The notes below the pieces were generated by a model that was not told where the DNA came from, searched no databases, and saw only the letters and a list, made by a program, of their open reading frames with translations. From contig CAZLVU010000004.1 in the NCBI GenBank assembly GCA_964563355.1, positions 17,733 through 81,732 of the forward strand: a stretch of DNA of 64,000 nt, read 5' to 3'. A program made the position numbers and the translations under genes. Numbering within the stretch: the first letter of the stretch is position 1; each line of letters opens with the position of its first letter. Below, in pieces: positions 46,856 to 56,138 of the stretch. This DNA is from an uncultured Candidatus Poseidoniales archaeon (GTDB taxonomy: Archaea > Thermoplasmatota > Poseidoniia > Poseidoniales > Thalassarchaeaceae).

Positions 46856-47746
46856 TTGGTTGATATGGCGTCGCTTGGTCGAATCTCCATGACATCGTGG
46901 CCAGAACTCCAGCCGATGCAGAACAACCTGGTTAACTACGGGGTGACGGACAACGGCATTGCCGTCATCGAGCTGTCCTCCGACTCATCCGGGGAACCTT
47001 GGGAGGAAGGGAAGACCTCCGTGAACACGTACACACACGCGATGATGCGAGACATCGACGAGGCGGTGCTCCGGGCACGCTTCGATGACGATGTGACTGT
47101 AATAATCCTCACTGGTCACGGCGAGAAGTTCTTCTCAGCGGGAGCAAGTATCAGCATGCTCGACTCTGTGACTCCTGGATTCAAGTATTTCTTCTGTCTC
47201 CATGCCAACGAGACGCTGAGCAGGCTAGAGCAGACACCGAAGCTTGTAATCGCTGCCCTGAATGGGCATGCAGTTGGGGGTGGACTTGAGATTGCGATGG
47301 CTGCTGACATCAGAATCGCACGCAAGGACTCGGGGCAGGTCGGCCTGCCGGAGGTCTCCTTGGGAGTGCTTGCAGGCACTGGCGGGACTGCGAGGCTCGC
47401 TAGACTAGTTGGCAAGGCCAAGGCTATGGAAATCATGGTGACTGGGAGGAAGTTCTCCTACGAGGAGGCTAGAGACATGTCCCTGGTCCACGACATTTGG
47501 GATGGCAGCCTAGAGGAGTTCCACCAAGACATCATGGACTACTCCGGGCAATTCACCCTCCCAATGGCAGCCAGTAAGGCGATTGGCAATATCAAGCGAA
47601 GTGTTCAGAGCGGCATGGAGATTCCGCTGGAGTACCATCTCGCATTGGAACGAGAGCTCCAGTCGGACCTTTTCCAGAGCTCCGATGCCAAAGAGGGAAT
47701 TGCAGCTTATGTGGGGAAGAAGACACCGCGCTTCAAGGGAGAGTAA
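46856..47746 (+). CDS. Enoyl-CoA hydratase/isomerase (crotonase family)
   Basis: ALNGHAVGGGLEIAMAADIRIA oxyanion-hole region. Length 296 aa. Confidence 0.85.
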   Translation: MVDMASLGRISMTSWPELQPMQNNLVNYGVTDNGIAVIELSSDSSGEPWEEGKTSVNTYTHAMMRDIDEAVLRARFDDDVTVIILTGHGEKFFSAGASISMLDSVTPGFKYFFCLHANETLSRLEQTPKLVIAALNGHAVGGGLEIAMAADIRIARKDSGQVGLPEVSLGVLAGTGGTARLARLVGKAKAMEIMVTGRKFSYEEARDMSLVHDIWDGSLEEFHQDIMDYSGQFTLPMAASKAIGNIKRSVQSGMEIPLEYHLALERELQSDLFQSSDAKEGIAAYVGKKTPRFKGE

Positions 47747-47917
47747 GCTGGAATATCGAAATCGACTCTCTCTCTATGAATCGATACAGCTCATGAGAAG
47801 CGAGACGTTTCTGAATTCACGGATTCCGTTCGCAGAAAGAGCCCGAAAAAGTGATGGTTATTTACCGAACATGTTTGGAAAAGCGTTATTCAAATAGTCA
47901 AGCACGGTGGCAGAAGC

Positions 47918-49060
47918 ATGGCAGAAACAGAATCAGTTGAGAGTTATCCTCCGAACTTCGAAGTGTGGATTGAGGAATTCAGTAATTGGCAGACCAGGAT
48001 TGGTTTCGATCCATCTTGGTTGGGTGATTATCGCTTTGACATAAAGTTCGATTGGGAAACCGCTGGGGACACGATCGAGTTCGGCGACTTTGAGGGTATG
48101 CCGAAATGGGATCGGAGGATGCAGATACCTCAGCAGAACATTCGTGACGCCATTGTCAGTATGGTGAGTGTCCAAGGTGACACAGAGTTCGCTAGCGTGG
48201 AGCAGCAGAATCACCTCCTTTCGACCGCTCCAACCGAGTACGACCGAAAATCCGCATTGAGAGTGATGTGCGAGGAGCAGAGGCACGGGTGGCAAATGGC
48301 ATACCTGCTTTGCACTTTCTTCGGTGAGCAAGGCGTCAGGGAGGCAGCAAAACTCCTAGAGAGGAACGCTCAGGAGGGGACTAGGATTCTCGGGACCTTC
48401 AACGAGCCAATCGATCACTGGCTCGACTTCTTCATGTTTACACATTTCATCGACAGGGACGGCAAATATCAGCTGAAGATGCTGAGCACGTCCTCATTCA
48501 AGCCACTTGGCGCGAGCATGGGGCCGATGCTGAAGGAGGAGTCGTTCCACTTGGGTACTGGGGCCAATGGACTCCGGAGGATCGTAAAGCAAGGAGTAAT
48601 TCCATGTTCCCTGATTCAAAAGTATGTCAACAAATGGGTTAGCACGGGGTTGGACCTGTTCGGCACGGATGACTCCACCAGCGCCCAGTGGGCTTACGTC
48701 TACGGAATCAAGGGGAGGTACGACGAGAGGGAGAATTCCGATGAGGCGGATCGAGGTCACCTAAACGAAGCCAGCAGGGAGCTCTACTTCCAGGAACTCA
48801 GAGATGAGATGAAGAGGATTAGCAAGGCTAGGAAGGAGGGCGAGCCAGAGCTCTTCATCCCGTCCGACAAGTTCCGAAGGAGCATCGGAAAGTACGCGGG
48901 AAAGCGATTTACCGTAGAAGGTGATCCTTTCGATGGTGAAGACGGCGATTGGGAGGATTACCTGTCCACGGTTATCCCTACTGACGAAGACGAGGAACGC
49001 CTGATTAACGAATACATGCAGCAGGAATGGATCCAGTATAGGGAATGGAAGGGAGACTAG
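47918..49060 (+). CDS. Ferritin-like diiron oxygenase of the PaaA/BoxB (aryl-CoA oxygenase) family
   Basis: Two E-x-x-H iron-ligand motifs about 90 residues apart (CEEQRHGW and KEESFHLG) within a helical protein of 380 aa. N-terminal QIPQQNIRDAIVSM resembles the BoxB N-terminal region. Confidence 0.55.
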   Translation: MAETESVESYPPNFEVWIEEFSNWQTRIGFDPSWLGDYRFDIKFDWETAGDTIEFGDFEGMPKWDRRMQIPQQNIRDAIVSMVSVQGDTEFASVEQQNHLLSTAPTEYDRKSALRVMCEEQRHGWQMAYLLCTFFGEQGVREAAKLLERNAQEGTRILGTFNEPIDHWLDFFMFTHFIDRDGKYQLKMLSTSSFKPLGASMGPMLKEESFHLGTGANGLRRIVKQGVIPCSLIQKYVNKWVSTGLDLFGTDDSTSAQWAYVYGIKGRYDERENSDEADRGHLNEASRELYFQELRDEMKRISKARKEGEPELFIPSDKFRRSIGKYAGKRFTVEGDPFDGEDGDWEDYLSTVIPTDEDEERLINEYMQQEWIQYREWKGD

Positions 49061-49080
49061 GCCCGAGAGGGGGGACTCCT

Positions 49081-49644
49081 ATGCATCACGTCGCTTTGAC
49101 ATCTTTCGACAAGGGCCGTTGTAGTCCTTTCTTCGAGGGGCTTACGGACTTCTTCAACCAACATCACCACTCGGAGGAGCAGGACGCTGCCTCCTACGAG
49201 GAGTTGCTATATCGAGTCTACAGGCCCTACACGCCGCATATGCTAGACATGATTGACGAGTGGATGGGTTTGGAGAAACGCGATTGGAGAGAAGAGACCC
49301 AGAGGGAGGTGCTTTTGTCCCTCTATGCGATTCGCTACCCGGATACGTTGCTGTTAGAGAGCCTGACAGAAAAACCACGCAATGACATTCGCCGCCTCTC
49401 TGCCTACTTGCATTTCACCCATCACACGTATTCGATCTGGGACGAAGACACTCGCAGGGGCCTATCGAAACTCGGAATTGAGATTCCATCCGTCGATTAC
49501 GCCGACCCGTTTGTGTACGGGGCCTATGTAACTTCGATCGAACTCCTGAAGGATGTGGCGCCTTTCACTTGCTTCCTCGAACATGACGTGCCCCGACAGA
49601 GGCTCTTCCAAGCAGCGCTTGCCGCCTACGGGCGCGAAGCGTGA
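49081..49644 (+). CDS. Hypothetical protein (His-rich N-terminus)
   Basis: ORF between the oxygenase and the dehydrogenase genes. Start chosen at the ATG preceded by GAGAGGGGGG. Confidence 0.4.
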   Translation: MHHVALTSFDKGRCSPFFEGLTDFFNQHHHSEEQDAASYEELLYRVYRPYTPHMLDMIDEWMGLEKRDWREETQREVLLSLYAIRYPDTLLLESLTEKPRNDIRRLSAYLHFTHHTYSIWDEDTRRGLSKLGIEIPSVDYADPFVYGAYVTSIELLKDVAPFTCFLEHDVPRQRLFQAALAAYGREA

Positions 49645-49679
49645 GCACGGCTTATTGCCGCCCCGCCACTCCGACAGAC

Positions 49680-50555
49680 ATGGTAGTCCGAACGGTGGCG
49701 ATCATCGGAGCAGGAACAATGGGCGCGGGAATTGCCCAAGTCAGCGCTCAGACGGGTTGGGATACGAGATTATTCGACTCCTTCCCAGAGTCACTAAATC
49801 TAGGGTTGAGCTCTATCGAAGCTTTCTGGGAAGCAGGAATTAAGCGAGGAAAGACCACCGCGGAACAGAAGGCAGATTGGTCCGCGAACCTCAGTGCAAT
49901 AGGGGAAATTGCCGATGCAGTAGACGGAGCAGATCTCGTGATAGAGGCCGTTCCGGAGAGGATGGTCCTCAAGAAGACTGTTTTCCAGGAGCTAGATGGA
50001 CTAGCCCCTGCACATGCGATCCTGGCGACAAACACCTCCAGCCTACCAATTTCGGAGATTGCTTCGGCAACCGGGCGCCCGGATCGGGTAATTGGCATGC
50101 ACTTTTTCAACCCCGTTCCGCTAATGTCACTCCTCGAGGTCGTTCGACATGACTCCGTCTCGGAGGAGACCATCGCTACTGCGGAATCCGTCGGACGGGA
50201 GATGGGGAAAACCACCATCCTGGTTCGTGACGTTCCGGGTTTCGCGACCAGTCGCTTGGGAGTGGTTCTAGGGAACGAAGCTGTTCGGATGCTGGCCGAG
50301 GGAGTGGCCTCAGCGAATGACATTGACACTGCAATGTGTTTGGGCTACCGGCACCCCATGGGTCCGCTAGAACTCTCTGACTTGGTTGGCCTAGACGTCC
50401 GCAGAGACATACTGAATAGCCTGGCGGATGCCTTCAATGACGAGTTCTACAGGCCTCACCCAATGCTAGAACTTCTGGTAGAGTCTGGTGATCTTGGGAA
50501 GAAGACCGGGAGAGGTTTCTATGATTGGACGAGTGGAGAAAAGGCCGAACGGTGA
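49680..50555 (+). CDS. 3-hydroxyacyl-CoA dehydrogenase (NAD-binding)
   Basis: VAIIGAGTMGAGIAQVSAQTG Rossmann motif and 3HCDH-type catalytic region (HFFNPVPLM...). Confidence 0.85.
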   Translation: MVVRTVAIIGAGTMGAGIAQVSAQTGWDTRLFDSFPESLNLGLSSIEAFWEAGIKRGKTTAEQKADWSANLSAIGEIADAVDGADLVIEAVPERMVLKKTVFQELDGLAPAHAILATNTSSLPISEIASATGRPDRVIGMHFFNPVPLMSLLEVVRHDSVSEETIATAESVGREMGKTTILVRDVPGFATSRLGVVLGNEAVRMLAEGVASANDIDTAMCLGYRHPMGPLELSDLVGLDVRRDILNSLADAFNDEFYRPHPMLELLVESGDLGKKTGRGFYDWTSGEKAER

Positions 50556-50564
50556 AAGGCCGAG

Positions 50565-52655
50565 TCAACTGGAGTATTTTGACCAGCTCAGCCCATCGGG
50601 AGAGAAGAGGCACGAACCCTGGCAAGTGTCCTCTACGATACCAGTCGTGAGGAACTGGAACGCCATCGCCCTAGCCATGGGAAGTCCCCCGATTGCGTTG
50701 TGGGCGGGATGTGGTTCCTGCCCGTACACATTTTCCTCCGGTGCATGCTCGTAACCACCATCGAAGAACACGCCTACTGAGCCGTTGTGGCCTGCTGAGA
50801 CGGTGAATTCATCGAAACCATATGGGACGATAGTAGAACTGTCCAACAGTGGGATCCCTCCCGTTCTCATCATCCTGCTAGAGGAGATGTTGGAGATCTG
50901 TAAGTCTCCGATAGAGAACAAAGTCATCAGCTCGAAGGGTTCCACTTCGTCCTTGTACCCATCCTGCATCAGGTAGAGGAAGGTGTCCGTCTCAGTTGAG
51001 TCCCATAGAGTCTGCAAGACTGACATGGCAATTGCCCTGTCCATCTGGTCCGGGTATCCGAACTCGCTCGAGAATGCCCAATAGAATCGATCGTATTGGG
51101 TGCAGCGCTCGATGATTTGAGAAAATGCAGATCCGCCGGCCCACAGAACCCCCCGATTCAGATCAGGGGACAGGCCGATTATCGAAGGCCCTCTGAGGGC
51201 CCCATTTGAGTAACCTGTGTAGGTCGAAATCGATGTGTCAATCAGTTTCGTTCCGTTGTGGTAATACTCCGAGAGATCCGAGCAAATTCCCATGAAGGTC
51301 CGTACCATGACAACTTGATTGATCATGGCTTGCTCTAATCGTTCTGCCTGGTGTTGGAAGAACTGCATGTTTAGTACTGCGAACTCTATGCTAGTGACGT
51401 CATCTGAAGCCCAACCGTAGAAGCTGGTTCCAAGCATTGCAGCATTGTTCTCGTTCGACCAAGCGCTGAGTCCGGAAGTGTTCCCCGTCCCCAGGAATCC
51501 ATGACCCCAAATTGTCATCGGAGCTGCCTCGTCTGAATCGACTGCAGAGTTGGGGATTAGGAGCCAGAACGGAATCTCCCGATTCTCAACGAAGATTGGT
51601 GTCCTGTCACTAGTCCTATTGATTAGGGCAGGGGGATGGAAAGACTCGGTGTACTGGGGAGAGGTAAACGTCCCTGTGACCATCCAGTGGCTCCTGTTCC
51701 CATCCTCGAAAACCTCGTGGCTGCTCTCAACTGCGCAGCCTAGGCCATGGGGGCCTATTCTTGCTAGAGCATCGTTCCTCATCGACAAGAGGGGGCCAAT
51801 GATCGATTCGGTAGATGCAGTATGGAATTCCCAAGCTGCCTGCAGATCAGGCGTTTCCACGTTTGTCATTTCACGGGCCCAAGAGAATAGGTCATTGAAC
51901 TGGGCCCTGCGTTCCTCGATATCTGACGAGTCTGTAGCTATCCCGTCTCGTAGAGCCGCAAAACCCGAGTGGGGTTTGATGGGTGCACCTTGCGAATCTT
52001 GCAATCCTGAGATCAGCACCGCGTAGCGAGTGTTGTGATCCAGAGACTGGATTGTCCTAATGTGCAGAATAGTAGGGCGGTCTTCCTCCGAGCGGAAATC
52101 CAGCTCAACCCAGTGAGGGATCAGCGTTCCAGTCCCCCTATCCAGTAGCTTTGTTGGGTGATTGGGTTCGAGGCTCTTGCCGATAGTGTACTGCCCCGCT
52201 AGGCCTGAAACTTCGGGATCAGCGGCAAATGCCGTCATAATCTGAGAGGAGGGGCTTACGCCATCGATTTGGTTGATTATTGGGATTTCGACAACTGGTG
52301 AGAAGTGTGAACCTGGGAGTGAATTCGATGCGTAGTTCATCCTGAAACCGGTCTCAGTTTGACTATCCCTGACTAGGAATGCGTCCGAGGGAAAAGGGAG
52401 CATGCAGTGCAGAGGATTGGTATTGTCGCAACCGTCCATGTGGGCGATCGAGATGACTGTGGATTCATCACCGGATTCATCGGGATAGAGGCATGAGCTG
52501 TCGTCCGTGGTAGCAAGTGAATCGAAGTTCGTTGCTTCCGAATCCGTGCACCCTGGGACTTCGGGCGATTGTACTTCTGTGCCTCCAGAGCACCCCGATA
52601 GCAGCATTGAAACAGCTAGTAGGACGGTAGTGACCTTACTAGCACGCAGACCCAT
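50565..52655 (-). CDS. Secreted lipoprotein, alpha/beta-hydrolase-like (GYSNG nucleophile elbow), 696 aa
   Basis: Signal peptide plus lipobox-like LLSGCSG. Downstream Cys-bracketed module GCTDSEATNFDSLATTDDSSC. GxSxG motif GYSNG. Confidence 0.55.
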   Translation of the reverse strand: MGLRASKVTTVLLAVSMLLSGCSGGTEVQSPEVPGCTDSEATNFDSLATTDDSSCLYPDESGDESTVISIAHMDGCDNTNPLHCMLPFPSDAFLVRDSQTETGFRMNYASNSLPGSHFSPVVEIPIINQIDGVSPSSQIMTAFAADPEVSGLAGQYTIGKSLEPNHPTKLLDRGTGTLIPHWVELDFRSEEDRPTILHIRTIQSLDHNTRYAVLISGLQDSQGAPIKPHSGFAALRDGIATDSSDIEERRAQFNDLFSWAREMTNVETPDLQAAWEFHTASTESIIGPLLSMRNDALARIGPHGLGCAVESSHEVFEDGNRSHWMVTGTFTSPQYTESFHPPALINRTSDRTPIFVENREIPFWLLIPNSAVDSDEAAPMTIWGHGFLGTGNTSGLSAWSNENNAAMLGTSFYGWASDDVTSIEFAVLNMQFFQHQAERLEQAMINQVVMVRTFMGICSDLSEYYHNGTKLIDTSISTYTGYSNGALRGPSIIGLSPDLNRGVLWAGGSAFSQIIERCTQYDRFYWAFSSEFGYPDQMDRAIAMSVLQTLWDSTETDTFLYLMQDGYKDEVEPFELMTLFSIGDLQISNISSSRMMRTGGIPLLDSSTIVPYGFDEFTVSAGHNGSVGVFFDGGYEHAPEENVYGQEPHPAHNAIGGLPMARAMAFQFLTTGIVEDTCQGSCLFSPDGLSWSKYSS

Positions 52656-52695
52656 GAGTGTTCCCGGGAGGGTGGGGTTATCAATTCAACCAAAA

Positions 52696-53976
52696 CTATC
52701 CGCATTGTTCGCAATATACGCTTTCGGGCTGTCCGCCTTCCACGAAGGAAGTGAACCAACCAAGGAAGCCGACTCCCTCGACCTCAAGAGTGTAGAATCT
52801 CTCCGATGTGAGTATAGTGTGGGCCTGACCGGGGGCAATGTAGCCAGAATATGGCATCCCGAACTCCTCTATCCTAGTGTCGGAGTCCATGATCAGGCCC
52901 TTGTAGTCCCATCTTACGTCGTTCTCGAGTAGTGCATTGAAGAATCTCATTGTCTGGTCGTAGGCATCATCGAAGCGTGCGAATCTAACACTATTGTCAT
53001 GCATCCATGCACTGGTAATTAGGTCAAAGTTAGTCATCTCGTTGAAATTCAGACCTTCCAAGGGGAAGTCGTGAAGAGAATTGTTCAGCCCCCAAATATC
53101 GTAAAAATCGAAAGTGTTGTTCGAGACTAGTCCGCCGCTTCCATCGTTGAAAACTGCAACGCTTGAGTTCGGGTAGTCATCCGAAGCAACAGCGCCGTAG
53201 AACGGGGCTGGTAGAGAGCCGGCACTTGAACCGGTAACAAAAATTTGGCTGGCCGAGGGATATTGCGCGAGCATGTACGAGTATGCAGTCTGCGAGTTCA
53301 CGTGCCCATTGTGCCTTACTGGGCCATCCTGGTACTCCGTAACCGTTGAGCCGATATGAATGTCGCCCGTGCAGTATGGCACGAATACGAAAGACCAGTC
53401 TGCCAGGGGGTTGTTTTCGTTATTGAAGTTGAATATCCCCCCGTTGTTCGAGTATACAGACGAGGCTGTGCTGGGATTATCCCAATCCCCTACGGTTGTC
53501 TTGAATGTCCCTCCCTCAAACTGGCAGCTGTAGTCTTCCCAGCATCCCCCGCCACCTTGGAAGTATAGCACCACCTTGGTTGGATCTGCATGCCTGCTCC
53601 AGAATGAGTAGTTCGAACCGTCTGAGCACTGACAGTCACCCCCTGGGTCATGACGGACCCACTCGATTCCATAGGCTGACTCCCATGGAGGGAATATGCA
53701 CGAGGCTTCCTCAGTGGCTTCCGGATCGTAATTCGTTGCCCCTTCCGACATACAGCCGAGTTTCTCGTCCTTGTCGAAAACTCCGTCTCCGTCGGAATCT
53801 GCGTAGTCGCAGGAGCCGTCATCCGTGGTTGCCATGATATCGAAGTTGGTCGCGGATTCGTCTATACATCCCTCAATTACGCCGTCGGCAGCTTCGTTCG
53901 AATCGGAGACGCAACCTGCGAGCATGGTCGAGCACAGGAGCAAGACGGAAATTGACAATGGTCGAATGAATCCCAT
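52696..53976 (-). CDS. Secreted lipoprotein, pectin-acetylesterase/Notum-family-like carbohydrate esterase
   Basis: Signal peptide plus LAGCVSD lipobox. Two copies of the GC-x-(D/E)-x-ATN(F/Y)D-x-x-AT-x-(D/E)(D/E)-x-SC module. LYFQGGGGCWEDYSC and VPYCTGDIHIG match the PAE family GGGWC / YCDG motifs. Confidence 0.6.
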   Translation of the reverse strand: MGFIRPLSISVLLLCSTMLAGCVSDSNEAADGVIEGCIDESATNFDIMATTDDGSCDYADSDGDGVFDKDEKLGCMSEGATNYDPEATEEASCIFPPWESAYGIEWVRHDPGGDCQCSDGSNYSFWSRHADPTKVVLYFQGGGGCWEDYSCQFEGGTFKTTVGDWDNPSTASSVYSNNGGIFNFNNENNPLADWSFVFVPYCTGDIHIGSTVTEYQDGPVRHNGHVNSQTAYSYMLAQYPSASQIFVTGSSAGSLPAPFYGAVASDDYPNSSVAVFNDGSGGLVSNNTFDFYDIWGLNNSLHDFPLEGLNFNEMTNFDLITSAWMHDNSVRFARFDDAYDQTMRFFNALLENDVRWDYKGLIMDSDTRIEEFGMPYSGYIAPGQAHTILTSERFYTLEVEGVGFLGWFTSFVEGGQPESVYCEQCG

Positions 53977-54014
53977 GTTGCATCGACTGGTAGGTAGGAT
54001 ATGAAGTTAATATC

Positions 54015-55085
54015 TCAAGATTGAATGGAAAATTCGTAAAGAATTCTGTGGAAGTGATGCACGCCTTTCTCTTTGGAGGGAGAATATCGTCCGCGATCAT
54101 ATGACCCCGATTCAACCCCTCTCTGGGTTGCTTCGACAATTTCCTGGTCCTCATGCTCGACTTTGTCCAAATCCCCCCCTGCTCCAATTCCAAGTGCAGT
54201 TTTATCGCCAACGAAGCCTTGGTAGATGATTCTGGTTCGGTCTACGGAAAGAGGCACGACCAAGTTTACTGATAGGCCCCAAGGATAGAAGTTCAGCATC
54301 AGTCCAGGGTAAATCCAGTAGTAGTAAGCAGCCACGGATTTTCCGAAGTCGGGGGATGTTTCTGGAAGGTCGAATGCGGGTTCGCCCTCGCTAGCGATGC
54401 CTATCTGCAATACCCCTCCTTCGAATAGCTCGGTGCTATAGTTATCATAATCAAGAGCGGCATGGAGATCCTTGTGGACGAATGGGATGTGGAAGCCCTC
54501 CAGATAATTATCAACGTAGAGTGCCCAGTTAGCCTTTATCTCGTAGCTTCGTTGACGCGAGGGGTCGTATTGAAATGATTCAATGGGCAACCACTCCAGT
54601 CGGCGGTTCAACTCCTCCAAGCATGCCTCGATTCCTTTTGGCTCAGTTCCGGTGAACACGATGCCTTTCCACACCATAGTGGGGAATTGAGGCAGGTCGT
54701 CGGAAGGGCTGGGGAAGTCCTCGACCTCGTCAAACTCAGGCATACTCCTGAAACGACCGTCTAACCCGAAGGTGCGCCCGTGATATGGGCATTGGAGAGT
54801 CTGGGAGAGGCACTGCTTGTTTGATACAATCATCCCCCTGTGCGTGCAGACGTTGGAGATACAATGAGTCGCGGCGCCGCCGGTCATCAGCATTGGTTCG
54901 CCCACCAAGTCCCCCATGTGGTCCAAGGGAACGACGTTGTTCTCTGAAAGCTGACTCTGATGTCCGGCGAAATGCCAAGATTTAGGGAATTCTATCTTCA
55001 GTTTTTGGAACGTTGATTCGTCACTGTAGAATGAAGAAGGCAGGGTCTTAGCCTTCCTGATGTCAGGGTCAATGGTGATTTGCAA
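54015..55085 (-). CDS. Rieske [2Fe-2S] non-heme iron oxygenase, alpha subunit
   Basis: Rieske motif CTHRGMIVSNKQC...CPYHGRTF, with a catalytic mononuclear-iron domain downstream. Confidence 0.85.
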   Translation of the reverse strand: MQITIDPDIRKAKTLPSSFYSDESTFQKLKIEFPKSWHFAGHQSQLSENNVVPLDHMGDLVGEPMLMTGGAATHCISNVCTHRGMIVSNKQCLSQTLQCPYHGRTFGLDGRFRSMPEFDEVEDFPSPSDDLPQFPTMVWKGIVFTGTEPKGIEACLEELNRRLEWLPIESFQYDPSRQRSYEIKANWALYVDNYLEGFHIPFVHKDLHAALDYDNYSTELFEGGVLQIGIASEGEPAFDLPETSPDFGKSVAAYYYWIYPGLMLNFYPWGLSVNLVVPLSVDRTRIIYQGFVGDKTALGIGAGGDLDKVEHEDQEIVEATQRGVESGSYDRGRYSPSKEKGVHHFHRILYEFSIQS

Positions 55086-55097
55086 GATGGGCCCCCA

Positions 55098-55598
55098 CTA
55101 GGCCTCGGAGCATTCTGATGTAGCCATTTCGACTCCGGACATGTGGTCAGCAAAGCGTTCGATTCGGTCTTTGTTCACTCCTAAGTCCGATATTCCCAAG
55201 CGAGATTCGGAATAGACGTGTATCACGGTTTCTCCCTCATCGCAAAAACCGTTGATTAGGAAATCGTCTGGGAAGCGCCACATCAGGCTTCTGAAAACTG
55301 CGTGCGTGTGCCCCGGCCAATCGCCTATCACAGCTGTCCTTGGTTCAGAGTCCAACCATTGCCCGGCTTCTTCCATTACCGAATCAAGGTTGGATTCGAA
55401 GCGAAGCTCGGTTAGGCCCCCGCTACGGTAGCTGTGAGGGCCAATCATTGCGCAATTCAACGAGCCATCTGGACATGAATCAGGAAAGTCGCCCGGTTCG
55501 ATAATCTCGTCAGAAGCAATCACCTGTATCGTCAAGACTGTGAAAAGGTAAATTGCAACGGTTCCTAATGCGAAGGTGACGGTTCGTCTGTCCTTCAT
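55098..55598 (-). CDS. Hypothetical membrane-anchored protein (single N-terminal TM)
   Basis: N-terminal hydrophobic helix VTFALGTVAIYLFTVLTIQVIA followed by a soluble domain. Overlaps grpE by 4 nt. Confidence 0.4.
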   Translation of the reverse strand: MKDRRTVTFALGTVAIYLFTVLTIQVIASDEIIEPGDFPDSCPDGSLNCAMIGPHSYRSGGLTELRFESNLDSVMEEAGQWLDSEPRTAVIGDWPGHTHAVFRSLMWRFPDDFLINGFCDEGETVIHVYSESRLGISDLGVNKDRIERFADHMSGVEMATSECSEA

Positions 55599-56101
55599 GA
55601 GTCACCTTCGGCGACTATGACCCTTGAGGCCCTCAGGACCCTTTCATGCATCTTGAATCCCTGTTCAATGACCTCGATAACCGTTCCCGGATTAGCATCT
55701 TCCGAGCTTGGCACAGTGGCTATCGCCTCCATGCAAGTGGGGTCGAATGACTCCCCGAGCGCCTCGATCTGAACTATTCCCTCTGCTTCCAAGGACGCCT
55801 TGATCCCCTCCAGCGTCAGCCTTACGCCTTCGATAACAGAGGCGTTTCCATCGCCTTCCTCGGCAGCATCGAGTGCCTTGGACAGCACGTCTACAGCGGG
55901 GATTAGCCTTCTAGCCAGGGGAGCGCCCCCATACCTAATTGCCTCAGAACGGTCCTTGGCAGCTCTCTGGCGTGCGTTCACGGTCTCGGCCCTAGCGTAC
56001 TGGAGTTCCTTCTCCAGTTCCTCCAGTTTCGTCTCTAAATCTGTTTCAACCTCAGGATCTTCCTCGGACAACTCCTCGGGGGGCTCTTCTGTCACGGGCA
56101 T
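55595..56101 (-). CDS. grpE: Nucleotide exchange factor GrpE
   Basis: Acidic N-terminus, coiled-coil LQYARAETVNARQRAAKD, and C-terminal FDPTCMEAIATVPS...PGTVIEVIEQGFKMHERVLRASRVIV. Confidence 0.85.
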   Translation of the reverse strand: MPVTEEPPEELSEEDPEVETDLETKLEELEKELQYARAETVNARQRAAKDRSEAIRYGGAPLARRLIPAVDVLSKALDAAEEGDGNASVIEGVRLTLEGIKASLEAEGIVQIEALGESFDPTCMEAIATVPSSEDANPGTVIEVIEQGFKMHERVLRASRVIVAEGDS

Positions 56102-56138
56102 GGGCTAGAATCGTCACTCATGAATCCAATGGTTCCTG

